Assembly: GCA_036844485.1 (NCBI GenBank)
Contig: DAIUFS010000004.1
Location: 4,925-68,924 of the forward strand
DNA: 64,000 bases
From: Candidatus Dormiibacterota bacterium
GTDB lineage: Bacteria > Chloroflexota > Dormibacteria > Aeolococcales > Aeolococcaceae
Direction of reading: 5' to 3'
Shown here: piece after piece, positions 32,435-41,455 of the stretch
How the letters are laid out: each line of letters begins with the position of its first letter
How positions within the stretch are numbered: the stretch's first letter is position 1
Translations under genes and position numbers: made by a program
Notes under the pieces: model-generated
Seen by the model: the letters and a program-made list of their open reading frames with translations, nothing else
The model's database searches: none
Told to the model about the DNA's origin: nothing

Positions 32435-33486
32435 GCGGCGGCGCGCTGACCCACGTCGGCCGGCCCTGGCGGCATCCACTGCGCGGGCGCCTCGATGAGC
32501 TCGTCGTCGAGAGCATGGCCCTGCGCGGCAACCCGCTCGGCGATCCCAGCACGCGGCCGCTGCTGGTGTACACACCCCCTGAGTTCGACGACGACGGCCC
32601 GCTACTGCCCGTCATCTACCTGATCCAGGGATTCACCGGCCAGGTCGACATGTGGCACAACCGCACGCCGTTCCGGCCCAACGTCATCGAGCTCATCGAC
32701 GAGCTGTTCAGCGATGCGACGGTCCCGCCCTGTCGTGTTGCCATGGTCGACTGCTGGACGTCGCTGGGGGGCAGCCAGTTCATCGACTCACCGGCGACGG
32801 GTCGCTACCACACCTACCTGTGCGAGGAGGTGGTGCCCTTCATCGACGCCCACTACGCCAGTCTGACCGACCCCCGGCACCGGGCCATCACCGGCAAATC
32901 GAGCGGCGGCTACGGCGCCATGATCACGCCCATGCTCCGTCCCGATCTGTTCGGGGGCCTGGCAACCCATGCCGGCGACGCGCTGTTCGAGCTGACTTTC
33001 TGGCGAGACGTGCCCGAGGTGACGCGCGCTCTCCGCGACCACTACGACGGCTCCTACGAGCGCTTCTTCGCCGACGTCCGCAGCCGCCCGGTGATGAGCA
33101 GGCCCAGCGATGCTGTGATTCTCAACATGTGGGCCATGGCAGCCGCTTACTCGGCCGATGCCGACGGCACCGTCAACCTCCCGTTCGAGGTGTCCACCGG
33201 TCGGATGATCCCCGAGGTGTGGGAACGGTGGCTGGCGTGGGACCCGGTGCGGATGGTGCCCGGGCATGCCGATGCGCTGCGCTCGCTCACGGCGATCTAC
33301 ATCGACGCGGGCACCCGCGATGAGTACTTTCTTGACCTGGGCGCCACCGCGTTCCGCGATGCCCTGCGCGGAGTTGGTGCCACCGACGTTCACTTCGAGC
33401 TGTTCGACGCCGGTCACGGTGGCATCGAGTACCGCTACCCGGTGGCGATGCGGTACCTCGCCGAGCGCATCGCCGCGCCCCGCTGA
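32431..33486 (+). CDS. putative esterase (esterase D / enterochelin esterase-like alpha/beta hydrolase)
   Basis: The GTG at 32431 forms a GTGA overlap with the upstream stop. Motifs: PVIYLIQGFTG, and ITGKSSGGYGA (GxSxG nucleophile elbow). Confidence 0.7.
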   Translation: MSGGALTHVGRPWRHPLRGRLDELVVESMALRGNPLGDPSTRPLLVYTPPEFDDDGPLLPVIYLIQGFTGQVDMWHNRTPFRPNVIELIDELFSDATVPPCRVAMVDCWTSLGGSQFIDSPATGRYHTYLCEEVVPFIDAHYASLTDPRHRAITGKSSGGYGAMITPMLRPDLFGGLATHAGDALFELTFWRDVPEVTRALRDHYDGSYERFFADVRSRPVMSRPSDAVILNMWAMAAAYSADADGTVNLPFEVSTGRMIPEVWERWLAWDPVRMVPGHADALRSLTAIYIDAGTRDEYFLDLGATAFRDALRGVGATDVHFELFDAGHGGIEYRYPVAMRYLAERIAAPR

Positions 33487-33503
33487 ACCGCCTGCGTCCG
33501 GGG

Positions 33504-33938
33504 TCAGCGGCCCGAGGGCGAGCCCGATCCCACCGGTCTGCGCTGCTCGGCCTCAAGCGGTGGCCCGCCCGGCAGGCGGACGCCTGGGGGAGTGATCTCG
33601 CCGTCGGGTGGCGGTCCGTCGGGTGGCAAGCCGGGACCGCGGCGATCGTCCGGTGGGTCGTCCTGGTCGCGCTCGTCAGCGGCGGGGGCGGTTAGATAGA
33701 TCGCCGACAGCGAACCTAGGAAGACCGAGAGCACCAGGGCCATGGGAAGTGTCAGGCCGAGGTCGACCTGGCCCTGCACGCCGATGAAGGCGAGCACCGC
33801 GAAGGTGATGACCACGGTCGCGGCCGGCACCGCCCACACCCAGAGGGTCCTCCCCTCGCGGTCTGCTCCCAGCTTGCGCTCTAGGAGCCGCAACATCCTG
33901 GGCAGCCGGCCCTGCTCTCCACGTTGTGGTTCCACCAT
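33504..33938 (-). CDS. hypothetical membrane protein with a Pro/Asp-rich C-terminal tail
   Basis: Two predicted TM helices (LWVWAVPAATVVITFAVLAFIG and LTLPMALVLSVFLGSLSAIYL). The start is chosen at the ATG at 33938. Confidence 0.5.
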   Translation of the reverse strand: MVEPQRGEQGRLPRMLRLLERKLGADREGRTLWVWAVPAATVVITFAVLAFIGVQGQVDLGLTLPMALVLSVFLGSLSAIYLTAPAADERDQDDPPDDRRGPGLPPDGPPPDGEITPPGVRLPGGPPLEAEQRRPVGSGSPSGR

Positions 33939-33966
33939 CTGATCGTACCCGCGTGTCCCCGAGCGC

Positions 33967-34332
33967 CTACTCGGACTGAATGTGAATTGCTGCGTCCTCG
34001 GCACCCAATTCGTCGGGGTCGTCATCCCCTTCCTCGACGACGACGTCGTCTCCGCCGCGTTCGGGTGCTTGAAGCTGACCTGCCTCGGCCTCGGGCTGAC
34101 CGCGCAGGGACGCCTCGGGCTCTTCCTCTGCTAGCCGCTCGTCAAGGGTGTCGCGCTGATATATGTCCGTCGGTTCGTCGAGCCGGTGAGAAACAGGATC
34201 GCGTTCGTCTCCCTCTTCTCCGACCACCTCGGCGGGATCAGGTTCCTCCGTCCCGGGGACCACATCGCTGTCCGCGGGTACGTCTCTCCAAGGAGCATCC
34301 GATGTCTCTCGGTCTCGCATGTCGTCCCTCAC
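33967..34332 (-). CDS. highly acidic hypothetical protein (DUF5709-like)
   Basis: Asp/Glu-rich sequence with DTLDERLAEEEPE. The start is uncertain: the GTG at 34332 is preceded by GGAGGG, and the ORF track extends to 34389. Confidence 0.45.
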   Translation of the reverse strand: MRDDMRDRETSDAPWRDVPADSDVVPGTEEPDPAEVVGEEGDERDPVSHRLDEPTDIYQRDTLDERLAEEEPEASLRGQPEAEAGQLQAPERGGDDVVVEEGDDDPDELGAEDAAIHIQSE

Positions 34333-34424
34333 GCTCCGTCCCTCCGTGTCCTTGACCACCAGCGTCGCGAGGGGGCGCCTCCATGTCAACTGACCCGCTG
34401 GATTGCCGAGGCCATGAGCGACGG

Positions 34425-34496
34425 AGCCGACGGTCAGGATTGAACTGACGACCTACCGCTTACGAGGCGGTTGCTCTACCACTGAGCTACGTCGGC
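34425..34496 (-). tRNA. tRNA-Thr (anticodon CGT), no encoded CCA
   Basis: The reverse complement folds as GCCGACG-TA-GCTCAGTGGTAGAGC-A-ACCGC-CTCGTAA-GCGGT-AGGTC-GTCAG-TTCAATC-CTGAC-CGTCGGC-T. Confidence 0.9.
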
Positions 34497-34520
34497 GCGG
34501 CGCCTATGGTACCCGCGGTT

Positions 34521-35423
34521 CTAGGGCAGGCCCGCATGGGGCACGGCCACCTCGGTGGTGAGCAGCACCCCCTCGCGGGCCTCGCGGCGATTGTTCTCGA
34601 AGTAGTCTGGTGCGCAGCAGAGCAGAAGGGTGCGGCCGCCGGCACCACCGAGGGCGCAGGCGAAGACACCCAGCCCTCCCGGCGGCCTCACGTCGTCGAG
34701 GATCTCGCCTCCCTGAGCCACTCGGATGCAACGACCGCCGATGGCGTCCGCAGCCCACAGGTGGTTGTCGGCGTCCAGGGTGCAGCCGTCGACCGCCACC
34801 CGCAGCAGCTGCATCGTGTCCATGGCGTCGCCGAGGGTGACCTCGGGACCGAGCTGGGCCCACACCCGCCGGTCGCGCAGTGAGCCGTCGGCGGTGATGG
34901 TGAAGCACGAGCAGCGGTTGCCCAGGGTCTCGCCGACGATCAGGGTGGCGCCGTCATCGGTGATCACCGCTCCGTTGGGGAAGATCAGCCCGTCCGCAGC
35001 CACGGTGACGGTGCCGTCGGGGTCCACGCGCTTCAGCGACGTGGTCACGGGATCGTCGAAGTCCATGAGGTTGAAGCCGAAGTCGCCGACCCAGGCACGC
35101 CCGGCTCTATCGACGACGAGGTCGTTGAGCATTCCGGTGCACACGGCGGAGAGGTCCGCGTGCAGGCTGACCGTGCCGTCCGCGCCCCGGCGAAGCAGCC
35201 GATGGTCGCGCATGGACACCACAAGCAGCGACCCGTCGGGCATCCATCCCAGGCCCGACGGCTGGCCGTCAACCGCCATGACCTCGTCCTCCTCGCCGTC
35301 GGGGGTCACGGTGAAGACGGCACGGCGGTACATGTCGGACACCCACCAGCGATCCCCCCGCCAGCGCGGACTCTCGAAGAAGGCGCCTCCCTCGAGAAGG
35401 GTGGCGAAGTCGCGGTCGGACAC
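34521..35423 (-). CDS. SMP-30/gluconolactonase/LRE-family beta-propeller protein
   Basis: 300 aa with FFESPRWRGDRWWVSD, PSGLGWMPDG and NDLVVD..GRAWVGDFGF, patterns typical of SGL-family proteins. Confidence 0.75.
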   Translation of the reverse strand: MSDRDFATLLEGGAFFESPRWRGDRWWVSDMYRRAVFTVTPDGEEDEVMAVDGQPSGLGWMPDGSLLVVSMRDHRLLRRGADGTVSLHADLSAVCTGMLNDLVVDRAGRAWVGDFGFNLMDFDDPVTTSLKRVDPDGTVTVAADGLIFPNGAVITDDGATLIVGETLGNRCSCFTITADGSLRDRRVWAQLGPEVTLGDAMDTMQLLRVAVDGCTLDADNHLWAADAIGGRCIRVAQGGEILDDVRPPGGLGVFACALGGAGGRTLLLCCAPDYFENNRREAREGVLLTTEVAVPHAGLP

Positions 35424-35467
35424 CTTCGAACTGTATCGTGCCGGCCCTCGCTACCCTTGTTGGTGCG

Positions 35468-37909
35468 ATGACCGAGACCACGTCCCTGCCCCTCCGCCCG
35501 GCTCGGCCACCCGTCGACGCCTACGACGCCGCCGCCGTGGAGTCGAAATGGCGGCGCATCTGGGAGGAGCGCGGCGACTATCGGACCGACCTGGACTCGG
35601 CAGACCGGCCCTTCTACAACCTTTCGATGTTCCCGTATCCCTCGGCCGAGGGGCTCCACGTCGGCCACATGGTGCCATACAGCGGCAGCGACATCTACGG
35701 GCGCTGGCGCCGCCTTCACGGCGACAACGTGTTCCAGCCCATGGGCTTCGACGCCTTCGGGATACACAGCGAGAACTACGCCCTTCGCATCGGCGAGCAC
35801 CCGGCCGTGGTGATGCGCCGTGCGGTGGCCAACTTCCGGGAGAACCAGCTCAAGAAGATCGGAGCCATGTTCGACTGGGAGCATCAGGTGAACACCGCCG
35901 ACCCCGCCTACTACCGATGGACGCAGTGGTTGTTCCTGCGGCTCTTCGAGGCCGGTTACGTCGAGTGGCGCGACGGGGCGGTGCTGTGGTGCCCGTCATG
36001 CCTCACCGTGCTCGCCAACGAGCAGGTGGAGCAGGGACGCTGCGAGCGCTGTGGCTCTATCGTGGAGACGCGCTGGCTGCGCCAGTGGTGGCTGAAGATC
36101 ACCCGCTTCGCGCAGGAGCTCCTCGACGCCCTTGACACGCTGGACTGGTCGGAGTCGACCAAGCTGATGCAGCGCAATTGGATCGGGCGCCGCGAGGGGG
36201 CGCGCATCGTCTTTGATCTCCAGGGATGCGAGCGCAAGGACGTGGCCGTCTTCACCACTCGGCCCGACACCCTCTTGGGCGCCACCTTCCTGGTCATCGC
36301 CGCCGACCATCCGCAGCTCGAGGAGTTTGTTCCTACTGAGCGGCGCGGCGAGGTCAATGCCTGGCGCAACCGGCTGCCCAGGCCCGCGGCGGAGCCGGAC
36401 TTCTCGGTGGGCATCGACCTCGGCTCCTCGGCCATCCATCCATTGACCGGTGAGCGCCTGCCGGTGTGGGCGGCGCCCTACGTCCTCTACGACTACGGGA
36501 CCGGCGCGATCATGGCCGTGCCGGCTCACGACGAGCGCGACCACGCTTTCGCCAGGACGCACAACCTCCCCGTCGTCGAGGTGATCAGCGGTGGCGACGG
36601 GGAGGACACCGCGTTCACTGGCGAGGGTGTGCTGGTCAACAGCGGAGAGTTCGACGGCCTGCCGTCCGATACGGCGCGTCGGCGGATCGTCGAGCGGCTC
36701 GAGAACACCATGCGCGGCGAGGCCACGATCACCTACCGCTTGCGCGACTGGTTGATCTCGCGACAGCGCTACTGGGGACCACCGATCCCGATCATCCATT
36801 GCACCAAGGACGGCCAGGTCCCCGTCCCCGAGGACCAGCTGCCGGTCCTGCTCCCCGAGGTCGACGATTTCCGGCCCACCGGCACGGGGGTGTCACCGCT
36901 GGCAAGCGTCGAGGATTGGGTGAACGTCACCTGTCCGCGCTGCGGTGGCCCGGCACGCCGCGAGACCGACGTCAGCGACACCTTCGTGGATTCGTCGTGG
37001 TACTACCTGCGCTACCCGTCCACCGACTTCGACGACGTGGCCTTCGATCCGGAACGGACCCGGCGCTGGCTGCCGGTGGACATGTACATCGGCGGCAACG
37101 AGCACGCCGTGCGCCACCTCCTCTACTCGCGCTTCGTGATGCGGGCACTCTGTGAGATGGGCCTCGTTGAGGTGCCCGAGCCGTTCGCTCGCTTTCGCGC
37201 GCACGGAATGATCGTCAAGGACGGCTTCAAGATGTCCAAGAGCCGCGGCAACGTGGTCAATCCCGACGAGTACATAGAGACGTACGGCGCCGACACCTTC
37301 CGGCTCTACCTCATGTTCCTCGGTCCGTACACTGCCGGCGGAGACTTTCGCGACGAGGGCATCGTGGGGGTCACGCGCTTCCTGCATCGCGTCTGGCGCG
37401 CGACCCAGACCGCGAGCACGGACGATGCCGACGATGATGTGCGCGAGCGCCGCCGCCACCGCCTCATCGGCGGCGTCGACGAGGACATCGCCGGGCTGCA
37501 CTTCAACACCGCCATTGCGCAGCTCATGGAATTTGCCCGCGACCTCGCCCAGGAGGCGGACGAGGGCCGCGGCCGGCGCCTCGATGCGGAGGCGCTGCTT
37601 CTCTGTCTGGCACCGTTCGCGCCGCACATCACCGAGGAGCTGTGGCAGCGCACCGGGCACGAAGGGTCTGTGCACCAGCGCGGGGGCTGGCCCGAGCACG
37701 ATCCGGCCCTGGCGGCGCGATTGGAGGTGGAGGTGGCGGTGCAGATCAATGGAAAGCTCCGCGGAACCCTGACCGTTCCTGCGGGCACCGGCGAGGACGA
37801 CCTGCGCCAGCGGGCGTTGGAGTTGCCCCGGATCGCAGCGTCCCTGGGCGGCGCCGAGCCGCGCAAGGTGGTCGTCGTCGTCGACCGCGTGGTCAACGTC
37901 GTCGTCTGA
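35468..37909 (+). CDS. leuS: leucine--tRNA ligase
   Basis: The ATG at 35468 gives MTETTSL...VESKWRRIWEE. Motifs: FPYPSAEGLHVGH (HIGH), and KMSKSRGN (KMSKS). Confidence 0.95.
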   Translation: MTETTSLPLRPARPPVDAYDAAAVESKWRRIWEERGDYRTDLDSADRPFYNLSMFPYPSAEGLHVGHMVPYSGSDIYGRWRRLHGDNVFQPMGFDAFGIHSENYALRIGEHPAVVMRRAVANFRENQLKKIGAMFDWEHQVNTADPAYYRWTQWLFLRLFEAGYVEWRDGAVLWCPSCLTVLANEQVEQGRCERCGSIVETRWLRQWWLKITRFAQELLDALDTLDWSESTKLMQRNWIGRREGARIVFDLQGCERKDVAVFTTRPDTLLGATFLVIAADHPQLEEFVPTERRGEVNAWRNRLPRPAAEPDFSVGIDLGSSAIHPLTGERLPVWAAPYVLYDYGTGAIMAVPAHDERDHAFARTHNLPVVEVISGGDGEDTAFTGEGVLVNSGEFDGLPSDTARRRIVERLENTMRGEATITYRLRDWLISRQRYWGPPIPIIHCTKDGQVPVPEDQLPVLLPEVDDFRPTGTGVSPLASVEDWVNVTCPRCGGPARRETDVSDTFVDSSWYYLRYPSTDFDDVAFDPERTRRWLPVDMYIGGNEHAVRHLLYSRFVMRALCEMGLVEVPEPFARFRAHGMIVKDGFKMSKSRGNVVNPDEYIETYGADTFRLYLMFLGPYTAGGDFRDEGIVGVTRFLHRVWRATQTASTDDADDDVRERRRHRLIGGVDEDIAGLHFNTAIAQLMEFARDLAQEADEGRGRRLDAEALLLCLAPFAPHITEELWQRTGHEGSVHQRGGWPEHDPALAARLEVEVAVQINGKLRGTLTVPAGTGEDDLRQRALELPRIAASLGGAEPRKVVVVVDRVVNVVV

Positions 37910-37979
37910 GCGCAAGCCCTCGGTCCCTTCGCAGGGCGATGCAGGCCGCCGCGCCGATCCTCGATTCGCCCGCTACCGA

Positions 37980-37991
37980 CATAATCCGACG
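37980..37991 (+). promoter_or_regulatory. CATAATCCGACG motif: -10-like element plus a conserved downstream block, upstream of pntAA
   Basis: The same block recurs in reverse orientation at 47579-47592 (upstream of treY), with a one-base insertion at 54771-54787, and as TAATCCGACG / AAATCCGACG in the island at 18131-18176. Confidence 0.4.
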
Positions 37992-38031
37992 TCCTCATGA
38001 GCAATCACACCATGCCTCGGCCGGTTTCACC

Positions 38032-39210
38032 GTGGGGCTGACCATCGGCGTTGTCGATGAGGCTCGCGACGGCGAGCGCCGCGTCGCGGCCAGCCCGGCG
38101 AGCACGCGTATGCTGGTGGCGGCAGGGCACGAGGTGATGCTGCAGAGCAGCGCTGGAGCTGCCGCGGGCTGGCCCGACGACGAGTACGCCGCGGCAGGGG
38201 CGACCATCGCCGGATCGGCCGATGAGGTGCTGAAGAAGGCGTCGGCGCTGCTCTGCGTTCGCGGCAGTGGGCCTGGGGCCGCCACCTGGGCGGATGTCGG
38301 CGACGGGCACACCCTGGCGGGCCTTTTCGACCCGCTCGGCGAGCCGGCCGCGATCCAGGAGCTGGCCGGGCGGGGCGCCACCGTCTTCTGCATCGACCTG
38401 CTGCCGCGCGTCACCCGAGCGCAACCGATGGATGTGCTCTCGTCACAGGCAACCGTCGCGGGCTACAAGGCGGTCATCGTGGCGGCCTCCCTGGCCCCGC
38501 GCCTGTTCCCCATGCTCACCTACGCGGCAGGGACGATCCCCCCGGCGAAGGTGCTCATCCTCGGCGCGGGGGTGGCCGGGCTGCAGGCGATCGCCACGGC
38601 GCGGCGCCTCGGGGCCAACGTCAGCGCGTATGACGTGCGCGCCGCTGTTCGTGAGCAGATCGAGAGCCTGGGCGCGCGCTTTGTGGACCTCGCCGACGTT
38701 GCAGCCGGCGGTGAGGACGCGTCCGGATACGCAACCGGGGCTGACGAGGCGGAACTGGCGCGCCAGCGCGAGGCCCTCGCCGCTGAGGTCGCCGCCAGCG
38801 ATGTGGTCGTGACCACCGCCCTGGTCCCCGGCCAGCGCTCTCCGATCCTGGTCACGGCCGCGGCGATCGGGGCGATGAAGCCGGGATCGGTGATCGTGGA
38901 CCTCGCTGCGGAGCGGGGCGGCAACTGCGAGGGCACCGTCGCGGGCAAGACGGTCGAGATCGGCGGCGTGGCTCTGGTCGGAGCAGAGAACCTCGCGGCC
39001 ACCCTGCCGCAGGACGCCAGCCAGATGCTGGGTCGCAACCTCGCCAACTTCGTGATCCACATCGCCCAATCCGGTGAGATCGACCTCGACAGCGACGATC
39101 CGATCGTGCAGGGCACGCTCGTGGCTCGCGGGGGACGGGTCGTGCACGAGCGGGTCACCGCCCTCCTCGGCGCACCGGCCGCGGCTGCCGCCCCCGAGGC
39201 GGCGTCGTGA
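38032..39210 (+). CDS. pntAA: NAD(P) transhydrogenase subunit alpha part 1
   Basis: The GTG at 38032 gives VGLTIGVVDEARDGERRVAASP. Motifs: VLILGAGVAGLQAIATARRLGA (Rossmann), and SQATVAGYKAV. Confidence 0.9.
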   Translation: MGLTIGVVDEARDGERRVAASPASTRMLVAAGHEVMLQSSAGAAAGWPDDEYAAAGATIAGSADEVLKKASALLCVRGSGPGAATWADVGDGHTLAGLFDPLGEPAAIQELAGRGATVFCIDLLPRVTRAQPMDVLSSQATVAGYKAVIVAASLAPRLFPMLTYAAGTIPPAKVLILGAGVAGLQAIATARRLGANVSAYDVRAAVREQIESLGARFVDLADVAAGGEDASGYATGADEAELARQREALAAEVAASDVVVTTALVPGQRSPILVTAAAIGAMKPGSVIVDLAAERGGNCEGTVAGKTVEIGGVALVGAENLAATLPQDASQMLGRNLANFVIHIAQSGEIDLDSDDPIVQGTLVARGGRVVHERVTALLGAPAAAAAPEAAS

Positions 39211-39485
39211 ACATCGAGACCGGGCTCTACGTCTTCCTGCTGGCGTCATTCCTGGGCTTCGAGCTGATCCGTCGCGTGCCCCAGCTGCTCCACACCCCGC
39301 TGATGTCCCTGACCAACGCCATCTCGGGCATCGCTCTGGTCGGATCCATATTCATCGTCGGCAGCGCCCAGTCGGTGACCACCACGGTGCTCGGCACCAT
39401 CGCCATCGCCGCCTCGTCATCCAACGTCATCGGCGGTTTCCTGCTGACCGACCGGATGCTGCGCATGTTCCGGAAGCGACGCTGA
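39207..39485 (+). CDS. pntAB: NAD(P) transhydrogenase subunit alpha part 2 (membrane)
   Basis: 92 aa, three TM helices, HTPLMSLTNAISGI. GTGA overlap with the pntAA stop. Confidence 0.9.
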   Translation: MNIETGLYVFLLASFLGFELIRRVPQLLHTPLMSLTNAISGIALVGSIFIVGSAQSVTTTVLGTIAIAASSSNVIGGFLLTDRMLRMFRKRR

Positions 39486-40867
39486 TGCGCGAGAACATCG
39501 TTCAGTACCTCTACATCGCCGCCGGGCTGTCCTTCATCTTCTCGATCAAGTGGATGACGGCGCCGACGACAGCCCGCCGCGGCGTCGTCGCCGGCGAGAT
39601 CGGCATGGTGCTGGCGGTGGTGGGCACCTTCGTGCGGCCCGAGGTCACCCAGTTCACCTGGATCATCGTCGGCCTCATGGCGGGCGCCGCCATCGGCGTC
39701 CCCCTGGCGGCGTTTGTGCCCATGACAGCCATGCCCCAGCGAACGGCGCTCTCGCATGCGTTCGGCGCCACTGCCGCCACGCTTGTCGGCGTCGCGGAAT
39801 ACCTGCTTCGGCAGCCCCATCTCGACCGTTTCACGATGGTGGTGCTCGGCATCGAGGTGCTCCTCGGCGGCCTCACGGTCACCGGCAGCCTGATGGCCTT
39901 CGCCAAGCTGCAGGAGCTGATCCGGGGGCGGCCCATCGTCTACCGCGGGCAGAACGTGGTCAATCTGTCGATTCTCGCAATCGCCCTGGGCGGGATCGTC
40001 TGGTTGGCGATCGATCCCAGCATGGGCATCGTCTTCGCGGTGGTGGTGGCGGCCGCGGTGACCTTCGGGGTGCTGCTGATCGTCCCCATCGGCGGTGCCG
40101 ACATGCCCACCGTCATCGCGCTGCTCAACTCGTACGCCGGCCTCTCCGCGGTGGCCATGGGATTCGCGCTGGACAACAAGGTGCTGGAGATCGCGGGTGC
40201 TCTCGACGGTTCCTCTGGCTTCGTCCTCGCGGTGGTCATGAGCAGAGCCATGAACCGCAACTTCCGCAACATTCTCTTCGGAGCCTTCGGGCAGGTGACC
40301 ATGTCGACGCGTGACTCCGAGGCGGACGACCGTCCCGTGCGCAGCGGCAACAGCGTCGACGGCGCCGCCATCCTCGACGGCGCCCGCCTGGTCGTCATCG
40401 TCCCCGGCTACGGGATGGCGGTGGCACAGGCGCAGCACAAGGTTCGCGAGCTCTCCGACGCGCTGGAGCGCAATGGGACGCAGGTGCGCTTCGCCATCCA
40501 TCCGGTGGCGGGGAGGATGCCCGGTCACATGAACGTGCTCCTCGCCGAGGCCGACGTGCCGTATGACCACATGGTGGAGCTCGAGGAGGCCAACGAGCTG
40601 CTCTCTCGAGCCGACGTCGCGATAGTGATCGGCGCCAACGACGTGACCAACCCGGCCGCCAAGAATGAGCCGGGCAGCCCCGTCTACGGTATGCCCATCC
40701 TCGATGTCGACCGTGCCGGCAGCGTGCTCGTGGTCAAGCGGAGCATGGGGCCCGGGTTCGCGGGCATCGGCAACGAGCTGTACTACCTGACCAACACCAC
40801 CATGCTCTTCGGCGACGCCAAGCAGGTGGTGGGGTCGCTGGTCAATGACCTCGGCGACTCGCGGTAG
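39485..40867 (+). CDS. pntB: NAD(P) transhydrogenase subunit beta
   Basis: The ATG at 39485 forms a TGATG overlap. Motifs: IVPGYGMAVAQAQH, AIHPVAGRMPGHMNVLLAEA, and IGANDVTNPAA. Confidence 0.95.
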   Translation: MRENIVQYLYIAAGLSFIFSIKWMTAPTTARRGVVAGEIGMVLAVVGTFVRPEVTQFTWIIVGLMAGAAIGVPLAAFVPMTAMPQRTALSHAFGATAATLVGVAEYLLRQPHLDRFTMVVLGIEVLLGGLTVTGSLMAFAKLQELIRGRPIVYRGQNVVNLSILAIALGGIVWLAIDPSMGIVFAVVVAAAVTFGVLLIVPIGGADMPTVIALLNSYAGLSAVAMGFALDNKVLEIAGALDGSSGFVLAVVMSRAMNRNFRNILFGAFGQVTMSTRDSEADDRPVRSGNSVDGAAILDGARLVVIVPGYGMAVAQAQHKVRELSDALERNGTQVRFAIHPVAGRMPGHMNVLLAEADVPYDHMVELEEANELLSRADVAIVIGANDVTNPAAKNEPGSPVYGMPILDVDRAGSVLVVKRSMGPGFAGIGNELYYLTNTTMLFGDAKQVVGSLVNDLGDSR

Positions 40868-40873
40868 CGACAG

Positions 40874-41311
40874 TCACCGGCTGAGGAGCATGGGGGTGTG
40901 TGGCATGCCGTCCTCCAGGAAGTCCGGCCCGCAACGCTGAAAGCCGAACCCGCCGTACCACGGAGCCAGCCGCGATTGCGCCGAGATGCGCACCGGGCCC
41001 CGCGCCCGGCCCAACGCGTGGCGCATCAGCAGGCTGCCGAGACCCCGTCCCCGGTGGTTCGGGGCGGTGACCACCCGGCCGATCCACGTCGCCCCCTCCT
41101 CTCCGGGGTACATGCGCAGGTACGAGGCCAGCTCGCCGTTCAACTCCACCCAGAGGTGTTCAGTGGTGGGCAGGACGTCCCGCCCGTCCAGCTCCGGGTA
41201 CCAACACTGCTGCTCGACGACGAAGGTGTCCACGCGCAGCCGCGCCATGTCGTGGAAGGTGCGCGCGCTGAGCATCTCGAATCTGGCCACGTGGACAGGT
41301 GGGGCGCTCAC
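40874..41311 (-). CDS. GNAT-family N-acetyltransferase (ElaA-like)
   Basis: The C-terminal part of the long ORF 40874..42655 has LRVDTFVVEQQCWYPELDG and VVTAPNHRGRGLGSLLMRHAL. The rest of that ORF is antisense to the kinase and was rejected. Start is uncertain (41311, 41290 or 41275). Confidence 0.7.
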   Translation of the reverse strand: MSAPPVHVARFEMLSARTFHDMARLRVDTFVVEQQCWYPELDGRDVLPTTEHLWVELNGELASYLRMYPGEEGATWIGRVVTAPNHRGRGLGSLLMRHALGRARGPVRISAQSRLAPWYGGFGFQRCGPDFLEDGMPHTPMLLSR

Positions 41312-41455
41312 GGCAGGGAGACTAGGGGGTTGGGCACCCACGGCGGACCGTCCCATGGCGCAAGCCGCAACCGCCTGCAACAAGCGGCCCCAGGGGGATG
41401 GCCCGGGCCGGGCGGACCCGCTACGATCCACGTCGCCATCGACATTCAGGACGAC

